A stretch of 32,000 nucleotides of DNA from Nonlabens ponticola (GCF_003966335.1 NZ_CP034549.1:630001-662000); one strand, 5' to 3'. Positions 17,492 through 26,575 are shown, counted from the first letter of the stretch. Notes: a model not told the origin generated them from the letters alone. Made by a program: numbers and translations.

Positions 17492-19036
17492 TTAAAATCT
17501 ATACATCAAGCCTGTGTAAACACCTATAGTGTACGGCCTAAAGTCTGCTGCGTCATTGCGCAAGGCGTTCAATTGATATTTGAATGTAGGCTCGATTGAT
17601 AGGCCTAGCTTGTTTGTAAATTGATAGTCCAGCCCTAGACCAAAGTTGGCACTCTGGTTAAAGTCCTGAAAATTGCGGTCCTCACCCAATTCCAGTCGGC
17701 GGCCATTGCCTGATATATTCACTTCATTATCTGTCAAAAACAGTGCACTAAAACCACCCAGCACATTGATGCCCAGTTTACTATCCACCAATCTATACTT
17801 GAGCTCGAGCGGCACTTCTACATAGCCCAATTGCTGCGATAGCTCACCTTGAAAACCGCCAAAGTTGTTGTTGCTTACCAGCTCTTGTGAGAAGGTATTG
17901 TCTATAGGAATAGCGTTGGCACGATTTACATCACCTGGATTGTAGCTACGGCCTGGTGCGCTACCTGCCACGGCTATGGCGCTAATAGGAGTGCTATAAC
18001 TCACATTATTAGTATTGTAGGCAACATTCATCTGGTGTACACCGGTGCGCACGCTCAATCGTGAAGAGATGTTGTAATCGACTGCAACGCCATAACTTAT
18101 ATTAGTATCGCCACTCGCGTCGCCTACATTATTATTAATGGAACTGCCATTAAAGCTATTGGCAAAAACAGGTGCCACCACAGTTGCTGCACTCCAGCGA
18201 TTGTTTAGTAATCTATCTTGTCTTTCTTCTTCGATAGTTATTTTTGTTCCTGCAGTTACCACAGCATCCGCTATTTCCTGCAAGGACTCTTCATTACTAG
18301 GTACCATGTCCTTATCTGCGCCGTCGGGAACATTTTGGGCAGGATCAGTGGTTGCAACGCCATCGCTCACTTTGAGTCCATCAAGATCAAGAACTTTAGG
18401 AGTTGAACCTTGAGTTTTATTATCTAGGTTAGTATCGTTATTTGCGATGCCTGCGTTTGTATTAGGAATTCTTAATGTATTATCATTCTCAATGGCTGTA
18501 CTCGCAATACCAACGGTTTGATCATCGTCACCAGAAGGTGTTGCGATGTTTCCAGAAGTAGCACTGCTTACATCACCTTTATCTTGAATACCAGCCGCTA
18601 GAGCATCGGCTGGTCGTGGTGAGCTTACATCATTGACATTGGAATCACTTGAGACCGTATTCTCATTATCAGTAGATACAATATTGGTATTACCCGTTGA
18701 TGCAGGATTGGTAGTAGATGGCTCAAAATCGTTATCGTTCAATAAACCACGGTTGTTTTCTTGAGAAGAATCTGAGTTGTTGGTCTCTTCAATAACATAA
18801 CCATTATTACCATCAACAGCATCAAACTCATCGCTGCCCATCATGTAACTAGCCACCACGACAGCAAGCACAGCCGCAACACCACCTAATTGCCACCAGA
18901 TGATTGGGATGACCCTACGTTTTTTCTTACCATTAAGACGTGCCTCTATTTGAGACCATGTGTCTTGCGGTGGTGCAGCTTCAAATTGCTTGAAGCGCTC
19001 CTGGAAAATACGTTCTATGTCTTTCTTGTCTTCCAT
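17492..19036 (-). CDS. putative anti-sigma factor fused to a C-terminal outer-membrane beta-barrel-like domain
   Basis: Starts 2 nt after the ECF sigma gene. Short N-terminal cytoplasmic segment, one TM helix (WWQLGGVAAVLAVVVASYMM), about 250 aa of low-complexity N/S/D/T-rich linker, and alternating-hydrophobic C-terminal strands ending ...GLMYRF. Confidence 0.75.
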   Translation of the reverse strand: MEDKKDIERIFQERFKQFEAAPPQDTWSQIEARLNGKKKRRVIPIIWWQLGGVAAVLAVVVASYMMGSDEFDAVDGNNGYVIEETNNSDSSQENNRGLLNDNDFEPSTTNPASTGNTNIVSTDNENTVSSDSNVNDVSSPRPADALAAGIQDKGDVSSATSGNIATPSGDDDQTVGIASTAIENDNTLRIPNTNAGIANNDTNLDNKTQGSTPKVLDLDGLKVSDGVATTDPAQNVPDGADKDMVPSNEESLQEIADAVVTAGTKITIEEERQDRLLNNRWSAATVVAPVFANSFNGSSINNNVGDASGDTNISYGVAVDYNISSRLSVRTGVHQMNVAYNTNNVSYSTPISAIAVAGSAPGRSYNPGDVNRANAIPIDNTFSQELVSNNNFGGFQGELSQQLGYVEVPLELKYRLVDSKLGINVLGGFSALFLTDNEVNISGNGRRLELGEDRNFQDFNQSANFGLGLDYQFTNKLGLSIEPTFKYQLNALRNDAADFRPYTIGVYTGLMYRF

Positions 19037-19038
19037 TT

Positions 19039-19584
19039 TTAACTCACGTCGCTGGCGTTATTCTCACGCCATTGCAGGATCATTTCCTGTAAATTCTGTT
19101 TAGCTCTTGAGAGATTAGATTTTGATGTGCCTTCAGTAATTCCCATCATGCTCGCAATCTCTTTATGTCCATATCCATCTAGGGTATAAAGCGAGAAAAC
19201 CATGCGATAGCGTTCTGGTAGTTGCTGTATCATTTGCAACATGTCCTGTAGGCTTATGTCTTCTGGTTCCTCAACCTCAACGCCCGTTTCTGGTATGGCG
19301 CCTTCATTTTCTAGCTGATACACTTTTTTACCGCGGTATCGCTGTAAAGCTGTGTTGATCGCGATTCTCTTACACCATCCTTCTAGCGATCCTTTACTCT
19401 TAAATTGTTTTATCTTATCAAATATGGTGATGAAGCTATCCTGTAAAACATCCTGTGCTTCCTGCGCATTAGGCGCATATTTCAAACAACATCCATAAAG
19501 TGCACTTGCATATCTATCGTACAGCTCACGTTGTGCTTTACGATTGCCTGCCTGACATTCTTTAATGAGTTGTTCTTGAACCAC
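19039..19584 (-). CDS. ECF-type RNA polymerase sigma-70 family factor
   Basis: 181 aa with region 2 (DVLQDSFITIF) and region 4 HTH (HKEIASMMGITEGTSKSNLSRAK). Confidence 0.9.
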   Translation of the reverse strand: MVQEQLIKECQAGNRKAQRELYDRYASALYGCCLKYAPNAQEAQDVLQDSFITIFDKIKQFKSKGSLEGWCKRIAINTALQRYRGKKVYQLENEGAIPETGVEVEEPEDISLQDMLQMIQQLPERYRMVFSLYTLDGYGHKEIASMMGITEGTSKSNLSRAKQNLQEMILQWRENNASDVS

Positions 19585-19602
19585 ATTTAAATTTATACTA
19601 TT

Positions 19603-20022
19603 CTAGTCTTCAACTTCAACTTCATATTCAAGAAACTCCGGTTCATTATTCTCGTCAAATCCTGTAAAAAACTTGAAATTATAGGTGCCATTGCTGGCTG
19701 CTAGAAACTCTAGAGTTTGCTCTTCAGGTTTTAATTCACGCACGCAGTCGCCAACATCAACAAAACCTGTGACCACTCTTACTTCACGATTGTTCAATAA
19801 AGATTGCACGTTAAAACCTTCAAAGGAGTGACAGTCAGATGGTAAATTATACCTTATTGTGATCTCATTTGTCTCACCAAATTCAAATGTATCATCAATA
19901 TCAACTCCAGTAATGGCAACTACTTCAAACTGTACCGGTATTGCGCCATCATCATCACCTATCTCGCAAGAGCTAACCGCAAAGGCAAGGATCATCAGGG
20001 CGGCATAAAATTTAAATCTCAT
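19603..20022 (-). CDS. hypothetical lipoprotein
   Basis: 139 aa with lipobox AVSSC. Lies 18 nt upstream of the ECF sigma gene and is co-directional with it. Confidence 0.6.
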   Translation of the reverse strand: MRFKFYAALMILAFAVSSCEIGDDDGAIPVQFEVVAITGVDIDDTFEFGETNEITIRYNLPSDCHSFEGFNVQSLLNNREVRVVTGFVDVGDCVRELKPEEQTLEFLAASNGTYNFKFFTGFDENNEPEFLEYEVEVED

Positions 20023-20075
20023 ATAGATCTCTTTGACTGTTAGATGGATAAACGAGACAAAGGTTGCGTCTATAA

Positions 20076-20116
20076 AACAAAAAACCGTTCCTCACATGAG
20101 GAACGGTTTGTTTTAA
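20076..20116 (-). terminator. rho-independent terminator downstream of recA
   Basis: Perfect inverted repeat AACCGTTCCTCA (20083..20094) / TGAGGAACGGTT (20097..20108), flanked by A-rich (plus strand) and T-rich runs. It lies 27 nt beyond the recA stop. Confidence 0.8.
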
Positions 20117-20134
20117 TTTTAAGTATGATGTTAT

Positions 20135-21148
20135 CTAGCTAGCAGACATTTTGATCGCCTCCATGATTTTTCCTTCCAGCTCATCCATAAGATCTGGGTT
20201 GTCCATCAGGATATTTTTCACACTATCACGACCTTGACCTAGTTTAGTATCCTCATATGAGAACCAGGACCCAGCCTTGTTAATGATCTCATAGTTCACA
20301 CCTAGATCGATGATCTCACCTATCTTGGAAACACCTTGACCATATAGTATATCAAACTCTGCCGTGCGGAATGGTGGTGCCACCTTGTTCTTCACAACCT
20401 TCACACGTGTCTTGTTTCCTTGAACAGAACCGTCAGTATTTTTGATTTGGGTAGATCGACGTATATCAAGGCGCACCGAAGCATAAAACTTCAAGGCATT
20501 ACCACCAGTCGTCGTCTCTGGATTACCAAACATCACACCTATCTTCTCACGCAGCTGGTTGATGAACATTACCGTACACTTAGTTTTAGAGATGGTACCC
20601 GTTAATTTTCTTAATGCCTGTGACATTAAACGAGCGTGTAATCCCATCTTGCTATCACCCATCTCACCTTCAATCTCACTTTTAGGAGTCAATGCAGCGA
20701 CCGAGTCAATGACAATAATATCAATCGCACCAGAGCGTATCAAATTATCGGCAATCTCAAGAGCTTGCTCACCGTGATCTGGCTGAGATATGATGAGATT
20801 GTCAAGGTCAACACCCAGTTTTTCTGCATAAAAGCGGTCAAAAGCATGCTCTGCATCAATAAACGCAGCGATACCACCAGCTTTTTGAGCCTCGGCAATC
20901 GCGTGCAGTGTTAGAGTCGTTTTACCAGAAGATTCAGGCCCGTAGATCTCAATCACACGACCACGTGGATAGCCACCTACACCCAATGCTGCATTCAACG
21001 CTAGTGAACCTGTAGGAATCGCCTCGACATCGACCACTTGCTGGTCACCCATTTTCATCACCGTTCCTTTACCGTATGCCTTGTCCAGCTTGTCTAGCGT
21101 CAATTTGAGCGCTTTCTGTTTTGCTGCTAATTCCTTATCGTCTGCCAT
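20135..21148 (-). CDS. recA: recombinase A
   Basis: 337 aa with Walker [10 protein letters not shown] and canonical RecA sequence throughout. Confidence 0.98.
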   Translation of the reverse strand: MADDKELAAKQKALKLTLDKLDKAYGKGTVMKMGDQQVVDVEAIPTGSLALNAALGVGGYPRGRVIEIYGPESSGKTTLTLHAIAEAQKAGGIAAFIDAEHAFDRFYAEKLGVDLDNLIISQPDHGEQALEIADNLIRSGAIDIIVIDSVAALTPKSEIEGEMGDSKMGLHARLMSQALRKLTGTISKTKCTVMFINQLREKIGVMFGNPETTTGGNALKFYASVRLDIRRSTQIKNTDGSVQGNKTRVKVVKNKVAPPFRTAEFDILYGQGVSKIGEIIDLGVNYEIINKAGSWFSYEDTKLGQGRDSVKNILMDNPDLMDELEGKIMEAIKMSAS

Positions 21149-21237
21149 TGTAAATATTTTACGTAAAAATAGTTGTTAACGCCGCCTTTTCCAATACGAT
21201 GAGACAATGGTTATTAACCACAGTATTTAACGTGTCA

Positions 21238-21251
21238 GCTTTCGCGGAAGC
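21238..21251. repeat. palindromic repeat copy 8 (13/14, GCTTTCGCGgAAGC)
   Basis: Intergenic, in the recA/trhO divergent region. One mismatch breaks the palindrome. Confidence 0.6.
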
Positions 21252-21276
21252 GATGAATATATCATGATAAATTATT

Positions 21277-21391
21277 AGGGCGTTTCCTCTAGCATATCGC
21301 TGTCGCTCAAGGCTAGAGGTCAGGCTATCCGTTACAATCTATTGTCACGCTTGTGGCGTGGCAACAGGATTTTCACTGCTATCCTTAACGC
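21277..21391. other. ~115-nt structured intergenic element with two hairpins and a repeated GCTATCC box; candidate small RNA or REP-like element
   Basis: Hairpin A pairs CCTCTAGC (21286..21293) with GCTAGAGG (21312..21319). Hairpin B pairs TTGTCACGC (21342..21350) with GCGTGGCAA (21356..21364, one G-U). GCTATCC occurs at 21324 and 21378, after each hairpin. It resembles intergenic elements I recall from other Flavobacteriia; this is unverified. Confidence 0.4.
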
Positions 21392-21453
21392 AAATAGATT
21401 GTGCCTACTATCTGACTACTAGCAGCGCAGCGGTCAAATATCTATAATCTAAC

Positions 21454-21461
21454 TACCTTTG
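21454..21461 (+). promoter_or_regulatory. candidate -7 box (TAccTTTG) upstream of trhO
   Basis: tacctttg lies 28 nt upstream of the ATG at 21489. Confidence 0.5.
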
Positions 21462-21488
21462 CACTATCAACATTTAACTGTTTATAGC

Positions 21489-22523
21489 ATGCAACTGTAT
21501 AACAAATTAAGTGCTGAAGAGAGAAGACAATTGATACGTGAGGCTGGTAAGCAGCGGCTCACGATCTCTTTCTATCAGTATGCCTTTATTATTGATCCAC
21601 AATTATTTAGAAACTATCTGTTTGTAGACTTTAATGCTCTTGATGTCTTGGGACGTATTTATGTCGCTCATGAAGGTATCAACGCCCAATTTTCTATTCC
21701 GGCAGATCGTTTTAAGGAGCTCAAAAAATTTCTAGATGGCATCGACTTTCTAGAAAACGTGCGATTAAATATCGCTCGAGAACATGACGATGAGAGTTTC
21801 TTGAAGCTGAAAGTCAAGGTGCGCCATAAGATTGTTGCCGATGGACTTGAAGACGACTCCTTTGACGTGACTAATAAAGGCGTTCATGTAGATGCCGCTA
21901 GATTCAATGAGCTGATTGATGATCCTGATACGGTGCTGGTTGATATGCGCAATCATTATGAGAGCGAGATAGGTCATTTTCAAAATGCGTGGACGCCTGA
22001 TGTGGACACCTTTCGCGAAAGCTTACCCATCATCGAGGAAGAAATAAAAGACCACAAAAAGGATAAGAAACTGGTAATGTATTGTACCGGCGGCATACGT
22101 TGTGAGAAAGCAAGTGCCTATTACAAGCATCGCGGTTTTGAGGATGTTTACCAGCTAGAAGGTGGTATCATCGAGTATCACAGACAGGTAACTGAGCAAG
22201 GATTGGAGAATAAATTTAGAGGTAAAAATTTTGTTTTTGACGCGCGATTATCTGAAAAGATAAGCGATGAGATCATCTCTAACTGCCATCAATGTGGCGA
22301 GCCTTGTGACACGCACACAAATTGTGATAATGAGGGCTGTCATTTACTTTTCATACAATGTGAGAATTGCCGGAAAGCATTTAAAAATACCTGTAGCACT
22401 CATTGTTTAGAGGTAATACAGTTATCAGCTGAGGAGCAAAAGCAACTGCGAGCAGGTAAGCCTGCGAAAAATAAAAAGTTTAAAAAAGGGCGCTCGTCAA
22501 AACTGGAATTTAAAAAACAATAG
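21489..22523 (+). CDS. trhO: rhodanese-domain tRNA uridine(34) hydroxylase (YceA/UPF0176 family)
   Basis: ISFYQY...GRIYVAHEGINAQFSIP, rhodanese active site CTGGIRCEKAS, and a C-terminal Cys-rich HQCGEPCD..C. I prefer the ATG at 21489 over the track's TTG at 21459, which overlaps a TAnnTTTG box. Contains palindrome copy 9. Confidence 0.9.
   Translation: MQLYNKLSAEERRQLIREAGKQRLTISFYQYAFIIDPQLFRNYLFVDFNALDVLGRIYVAHEGINAQFSIPADRFKELKKFLDGIDFLENVRLNIAREHDDESFLKLKVKVRHKIVADGLEDDSFDVTNKGVHVDAARFNELIDDPDTVLVDMRNHYESEIGHFQNAWTPDVDTFRESLPIIEEEIKDHKKDKKLVMYCTGGIRCEKASAYYKHRGFEDVYQLEGGIIEYHRQVTEQGLENKFRGKNFVFDARLSEKISDEIISNCHQCGEPCDTHTNCDNEGCHLLFIQCENCRKAFKNTCSTHCLEVIQLSAEEQKQLRAGKPAKNKKFKKGRSSKLEFKKQ
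22009..22027. repeat. palindromic repeat copy 9 (13/14 core + TTACC), inside the trhO CDS
   Basis: cCTTTCGCGAAAGC-ttacc, which encodes TFRESLP. Its 18 nt CTTTCGCGAAAGCTTACC are identical to copy 5. Confidence 0.7.
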
Positions 22524-22524
22524 A

Positions 22525-23337
22525 TTGAGCCGTATCATTCCCTACTTCATGGTAGACTCGTTTACAAACGAGCCATTTAAAGGTAATCCAGCTGGAGTTT
22601 GTTTGCTGGAAGAGCCTCTGGATGATGCATTGATGCAATCCATAGCCAGCGAGATCAATCTATCCGAAACGGCTTTTGTCTTGAGAAGTGATGATCATTT
22701 TTCCATCAGATACTTCAGCCCGATGATGGAAATACCTTTGTGTGGTCATGCAACGCTGGCCAGTGCAAAAGTTCTATTTGAAAGAGATTCAGATTTAAAT
22801 GCGATTGATTTTAAGACTCAGTCAGGCACCTTGCTCAAAGCTGCCCGAAATGGAGAAAAAGTAGCGCTCGCCTTTCCAAATTATGGGATTGTTGATCGTG
22901 AGGTTCCTAAAGAACTCTTACATGCTATAGGGATCGATGCGGTTTTAAATACAGGCTACAATCATGAAAATCTCGAACTCATGATTGAGATTAAAGATTC
23001 ACAGAAACTGAGAAAACTCACACCAGATTTTTCTGCCATGAAAGCAGCGGTACATGATATCAGTGGCGTGGTGGTAACAGCAAAATCAAGTGATCCAGCT
23101 TATGATTTTGAAAGCAGATACTTCTGGCCGTGGAGTGGTGGCGATGAAGATCCTGTAACAGGAGCAACGCATACATTCTTGACAGCCTATTGGGCTGAGA
23201 AATTGAAAAAGAGGAAGTTGAAAGCTTATCAGTGTTCTGCAAGAACAGGTATTCTAGATGTTGAGGTGCTAGATGATGAGCATATTTCTATCACTGGTGA
23301 TGCAGTTGTGGTGGTACGTGGTGAGTTAATGGTTTAA
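22525..23337 (+). CDS. PhzF-family isomerase-like protein
   Basis: 270 aa, FMVDSFTNEPFKGNPAGV, SETAF, and a two-domain DapF-like fold pattern. TTG start is uncertain. Confidence 0.85.
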   Translation: MSRIIPYFMVDSFTNEPFKGNPAGVCLLEEPLDDALMQSIASEINLSETAFVLRSDDHFSIRYFSPMMEIPLCGHATLASAKVLFERDSDLNAIDFKTQSGTLLKAARNGEKVALAFPNYGIVDREVPKELLHAIGIDAVLNTGYNHENLELMIEIKDSQKLRKLTPDFSAMKAAVHDISGVVVTAKSSDPAYDFESRYFWPWSGGDEDPVTGATHTFLTAYWAEKLKKRKLKAYQCSARTGILDVEVLDDEHISITGDAVVVVRGELMV

Positions 23338-23355
23338 AATCAAGATCTCACCGAT

Positions 23356-23805
23356 ATGTATTTCCTACAACGTCTTTTAATCAGAATGAATCTCATCTCA
23401 TTTTCTGATTATGTGCTAGAAAGGGCAAGTGCCAAAAATGACTATACTTTATTATTACTTTATTCGCAATCAAAGAATATTCTTGACAGAAAATATTCCA
23501 TAAAATTTTTAATGCCGCACATAGAATCATCCAGTTTACTGCGTAAAAGAGTTATTGAGATGTATAAGAATGATCTCGATTTCGTTCGTCTAGAAATAGC
23601 TAGCAAATTAAAGGATTTACCTGGATCTACGATTTCGATACCGAACATTGATGCTGAATTTTTAAGTATCAAAAAGTCACTAGACCTAGAAAGGTTAAGG
23701 CTTTCCGGTAGATCATTCAATTCAATTTCTAAAGGTAATCGAAAAGTATCGGAGCGATTAAATGAAAAGTTTAAACAACAACAACGTTTACCTTATGGCG
23801 GATGA
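23356..23805 (+). CDS. hypothetical protein (AT-rich orphan ORF; may not be real)
   Basis: 149-aa ORF with no motif I recognise. Visibly lower G+C than its neighbours, and there is an 86-aa antisense ORF in the same region. Confidence 0.35.
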   Translation: MYFLQRLLIRMNLISFSDYVLERASAKNDYTLLLLYSQSKNILDRKYSIKFLMPHIESSSLLRKRVIEMYKNDLDFVRLEIASKLKDLPGSTISIPNIDAEFLSIKKSLDLERLRLSGRSFNSISKGNRKVSERLNEKFKQQQRLPYGG

Positions 23806-23830
23806 TATATTGTTAAATTCTTCTGGCTAA

Positions 23831-24496
23831 CTATTTAGCACCCAAAACAATTACAAACTCACCCTTTGGTTTTTTCTCTGTAAAATAGGCAATCGCTTCT
23901 GCGACGGTTCCTCTGTAGTGTTCCTCAAACATTTTGGTAATCTCACGTGAGATGGAGATTTGCCTGTCGGCACCGTAATGTGTTTGAAAATCGGTTAGAG
24001 TTTTCATTAGTTTATGCGGTGACTCATAGAAAACGATGGTGCGTGTTTCCTCGGCCAGTAGTTTTAATCGGGTTTGGCGGCCTTTTTTAACAGGTAAAAA
24101 TCCCTCAAAAACAAACTTGTCAGATGGTAGCCCGCTACTGGTAAGTGCTGGTACAAAGGCAGTGGCACCAGGCAATGATTCAATCTCCAGATTTGCGGCA
24201 ATCACCTTTCGCGCAAGCAAAAACCCAGGATCACTTATACCTGGCGATCCAGCATCTGTGATGAGCGCCATGGTCTCGCCTGCTGCAATTCTCTTGACGA
24301 TAGAGTCTGCAATCTTGTGCTCGTTGTGCATATGATAGGACAACATTGGCGTCTTAATTTGGTAATGGTTGAGCAATTTGCCGCTGGTGCGCGTGTCTTC
24401 TGCCAGTATGAGGTCTACCTGCTGCAAGATCTCGACCGCACGGTAGGTCATATCGCCTAGATTACCTATGGGCGTGGGCACGAGATATAGTTTCAT
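23831..24496 (-). CDS. rsmI: 16S rRNA (cytidine1402-2'-O)-methyltransferase
   Basis: 221 aa, LYLVPTPIGNLGDMTYRA, AEDTR, DAGSPGISDPG; tetrapyrrole-methylase-fold RsmI signature. Confidence 0.93.
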   Translation of the reverse strand: MKLYLVPTPIGNLGDMTYRAVEILQQVDLILAEDTRTSGKLLNHYQIKTPMLSYHMHNEHKIADSIVKRIAAGETMALITDAGSPGISDPGFLLARKVIAANLEIESLPGATAFVPALTSSGLPSDKFVFEGFLPVKKGRQTRLKLLAEETRTIVFYESPHKLMKTLTDFQTHYGADRQISISREITKMFEEHYRGTVAEAIAYFTEKKPKGEFVIVLGAK

Positions 24497-24511
24497 GGAT
24501 AGGATTTCTCA

Positions 24512-24519
24512 CAAAGATA
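24512..24519 (-). promoter_or_regulatory. candidate -7 box (TAtcTTTG) upstream of rsmI
   Basis: The reverse complement of caaagata lies 16 nt upstream of the rsmI ATG. Confidence 0.45.
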
Positions 24520-24582
24520 GCAGAATGACTTACTTTTAAAATACGGCACAATCGTTGAAACTTGTTCCTTAAATACTAGATT

Positions 24583-25071
24583 ATGAAACTTGCTAGCTTT
24601 CTCTTTATATCGATCATCATGATGTCTTGTTCCTCGCAAAAAATTGATTATGTCGTTGAACCTGCTAAGTCTAACCGTGTTCCCTATGCACAGGCCTGGA
24701 CTGGTGGCATACCTGGTAGTGGCAGTGGTGTCAATGTGTATTTACCCAATTTTGACATCGCAATTGATCATATTGAAGAAGTGTACTTTAGAGGTATGGC
24801 TAGCACGATGGTGGAAAAAGTAGAAGGTACAAATGATGTCATGGTACGTTTTGCAACAGATTTTAATCGCAAGCCAGACATCAACATGAGTTTAGATCCT
24901 GAGCAGGAATACGGAAACATGACTGAAGAAGAGGAAGATGACAAAATACCTTTTGAGCTTAAAAACGACGAGATCATCGTAAAATTTAACCGAAACGGTA
25001 GGACCTACCACACCAAGTTCATTGGCGTGAAGGACAAGATGTCACAGGACATGCCGTCTAGACCTCAGTAA
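24583..25071 (+). CDS. hypothetical lipoprotein
   Basis: 162 aa with lipobox IMMSC. Confidence 0.6.
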   Translation: MKLASFLFISIIMMSCSSQKIDYVVEPAKSNRVPYAQAWTGGIPGSGSGVNVYLPNFDIAIDHIEEVYFRGMASTMVEKVEGTNDVMVRFATDFNRKPDINMSLDPEQEYGNMTEEEEDDKIPFELKNDEIIVKFNRNGRTYHTKFIGVKDKMSQDMPSRPQ

Positions 25072-25090
25072 TTTTTAGAAGCACTAATCG

Positions 25091-25098
25091 TACCTTTG
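25091..25098 (+). promoter_or_regulatory. candidate -7 box (TAccTTTG) upstream of the flippase gene
   Basis: tacctttg lies 19 nt upstream of the TTG start at 25118. Confidence 0.45.
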
Positions 25099-25117
25099 GG
25101 TCTCAATTTTATCTTTT

Positions 25118-26575
25118 TTGAGTTCCATCAACCGCCTTTTTAAACACACTTTTGTATACGGTCTGGCGACTGTTTTGCCACGATTGTTGACGGTGCTGCT
25201 CACAAGGCTGCTGACTGAATATTTACCCAGCAAGACCGCTTTTGGCGAGGTTTCCATTATCTTTTCATGGATCATTTTATTCAACGTGATCTTGACTTAT
25301 GGTATGGAGACTTCTTTTTTCCGCTTTTTCAGCGAAAGCGAGAATAAAAACAAGGTCCTAACCACAGGACTGGTTTCTTTGCTGGGTACCACCATCGCAT
25401 TTGTTGTGATTGCCTTTTTAGGTCTGGACTATATTGAGGCCTGGTCTAGCAAATCAGCCGATTATTGGCGTTGGGTCATAGGAATACTGGCTTTTGATAC
25501 CATGATGGTGATTCCGTTTGCTTATATGCGGGCGCAAGGAAAGAGTCTCAAGTATGCTGTGATCAAGATGATCAATGTAGTCATTTCAGTTGGTATGACT
25601 GCTGTATTTTTGATCTGGTTGAGCGATCTACCTACTATAAATCAGTTCTTACCAGAAGATAAAGTGGAGTTATACTTCATCGCATTGATGACCGCCAGTT
25701 TTATTACTTTGTTTCTTGTAGGTGGCATTTATCTTAGAAAATGGGAATTTGATTCAGTATTATGGAAACGAATGCTGCGCTATGGCTTTCCTATTTTGAT
25801 CGCAGGTCTGGCGTTTGCTGTAAATGAGACTTTCGATAAGATCTTACTAGAATGGCTGTTGGTAGATGACGCCACAGCGCAAACCGGTGTTTATTCGGCT
25901 TGTTATCGTGTGGCCGTTGGAATGACCTTGTTTGCCACCGCTTTTAAACTAGGTGTCGAGCCTTTCTTTTTCAGTGAGTCCAAAAGCAAAGACGCCGTTG
26001 AAACCTATGCCAAAATCACTAAAATGTTTGTGATACTAGGATCAGTCGCACTGATTACCTACACGATTTTCATAGATCTGATCAAGAGATTAATTATTGA
26101 TGAAGAATACTGGGAAGCATTAGATATCGTGCCAGTCATTTTGATTGCCTACTTCTTTTTTGGCATCTATCAAACCTTATCGGTATGGTATAAGGTGACT
26201 GATCGCACCAGTTTTGGTGCTTGGATCTCAGTTTTAGGTGCTGCGATTACCATAGGTCTCAATATTTGGCTTATTCCAGTGATAGGATATATGGCAAGTG
26301 CGCTTACCACATGTGCCGCTTACGGTTTAATGATGCTGGTATCCTATTTATTGGGCAGAAAGTATTACCGCATCCCTTACGAGGTAGGCAGTTTATCGCT
26401 GTACCTGTTTCTTTCTATTGCTGCGACCATGCTGTTTTTCTACACCATTCGTGAGAGTCTAGGTGCAGATACCTGGCAAATGTATGCGGCAGGAATTGCC
26501 CTAGCCTTGCTTGTTTCAACCTTCATCTTGTATAAAGAACGACTGTTTATCAAATCATTATTTGCAAAATCATGA
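25118..26575 (+). CDS. polysaccharide/oligosaccharide flippase (Wzx/MOP superfamily)
   Basis: 485 aa with about 12-14 TM helices and an N-terminus ([17 protein letters not shown]) typical of flavobacterial flippase-family proteins. TTG start. Confidence 0.8.
   Translation: MSSINRLFKHTFVYGLATVLPRLLTVLLTRLLTEYLPSKTAFGEVSIIFSWIILFNVILTYGMETSFFRFFSESENKNKVLTTGLVSLLGTTIAFVVIAFLGLDYIEAWSSKSADYWRWVIGILAFDTMMVIPFAYMRAQGKSLKYAVIKMINVVISVGMTAVFLIWLSDLPTINQFLPEDKVELYFIALMTASFITLFLVGGIYLRKWEFDSVLWKRMLRYGFPILIAGLAFAVNETFDKILLEWLLVDDATAQTGVYSACYRVAVGMTLFATAFKLGVEPFFFSESKSKDAVETYAKITKMFVILGSVALITYTIFIDLIKRLIIDEEYWEALDIVPVILIAYFFFGIYQTLSVWYKVTDRTSFGAWISVLGAAITIGLNIWLIPVIGYMASALTTCAAYGLMMLVSYLLGRKYYRIPYEVGSLSLYLFLSIAATMLFFYTIRESLGADTWQMYAAGIALALLVSTFILYKERLFIKSLFAKS

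Noticed and set aside
21459-21488. TTG start at 21459 for trhO, as in the ORF track
   Set aside because: The TTG overlaps a TAccTTTG -7-box match (21454..21461). The ATG at 21489 gives an N-terminus (MQLYNKLS...) that aligns better with what I recall of YceA-family proteins.
24201-24216. Near-match CTTTCGCGcAAG inside rsmI
   Set aside because: It matches only 11 of the 12 central core positions (CTTTCGCGAAAG), and the outer G and C of the 14-mer are also mismatched. It has no matching flanks and would be the only copy in the LxRK frame. It is most simply chance, so I did not count it.
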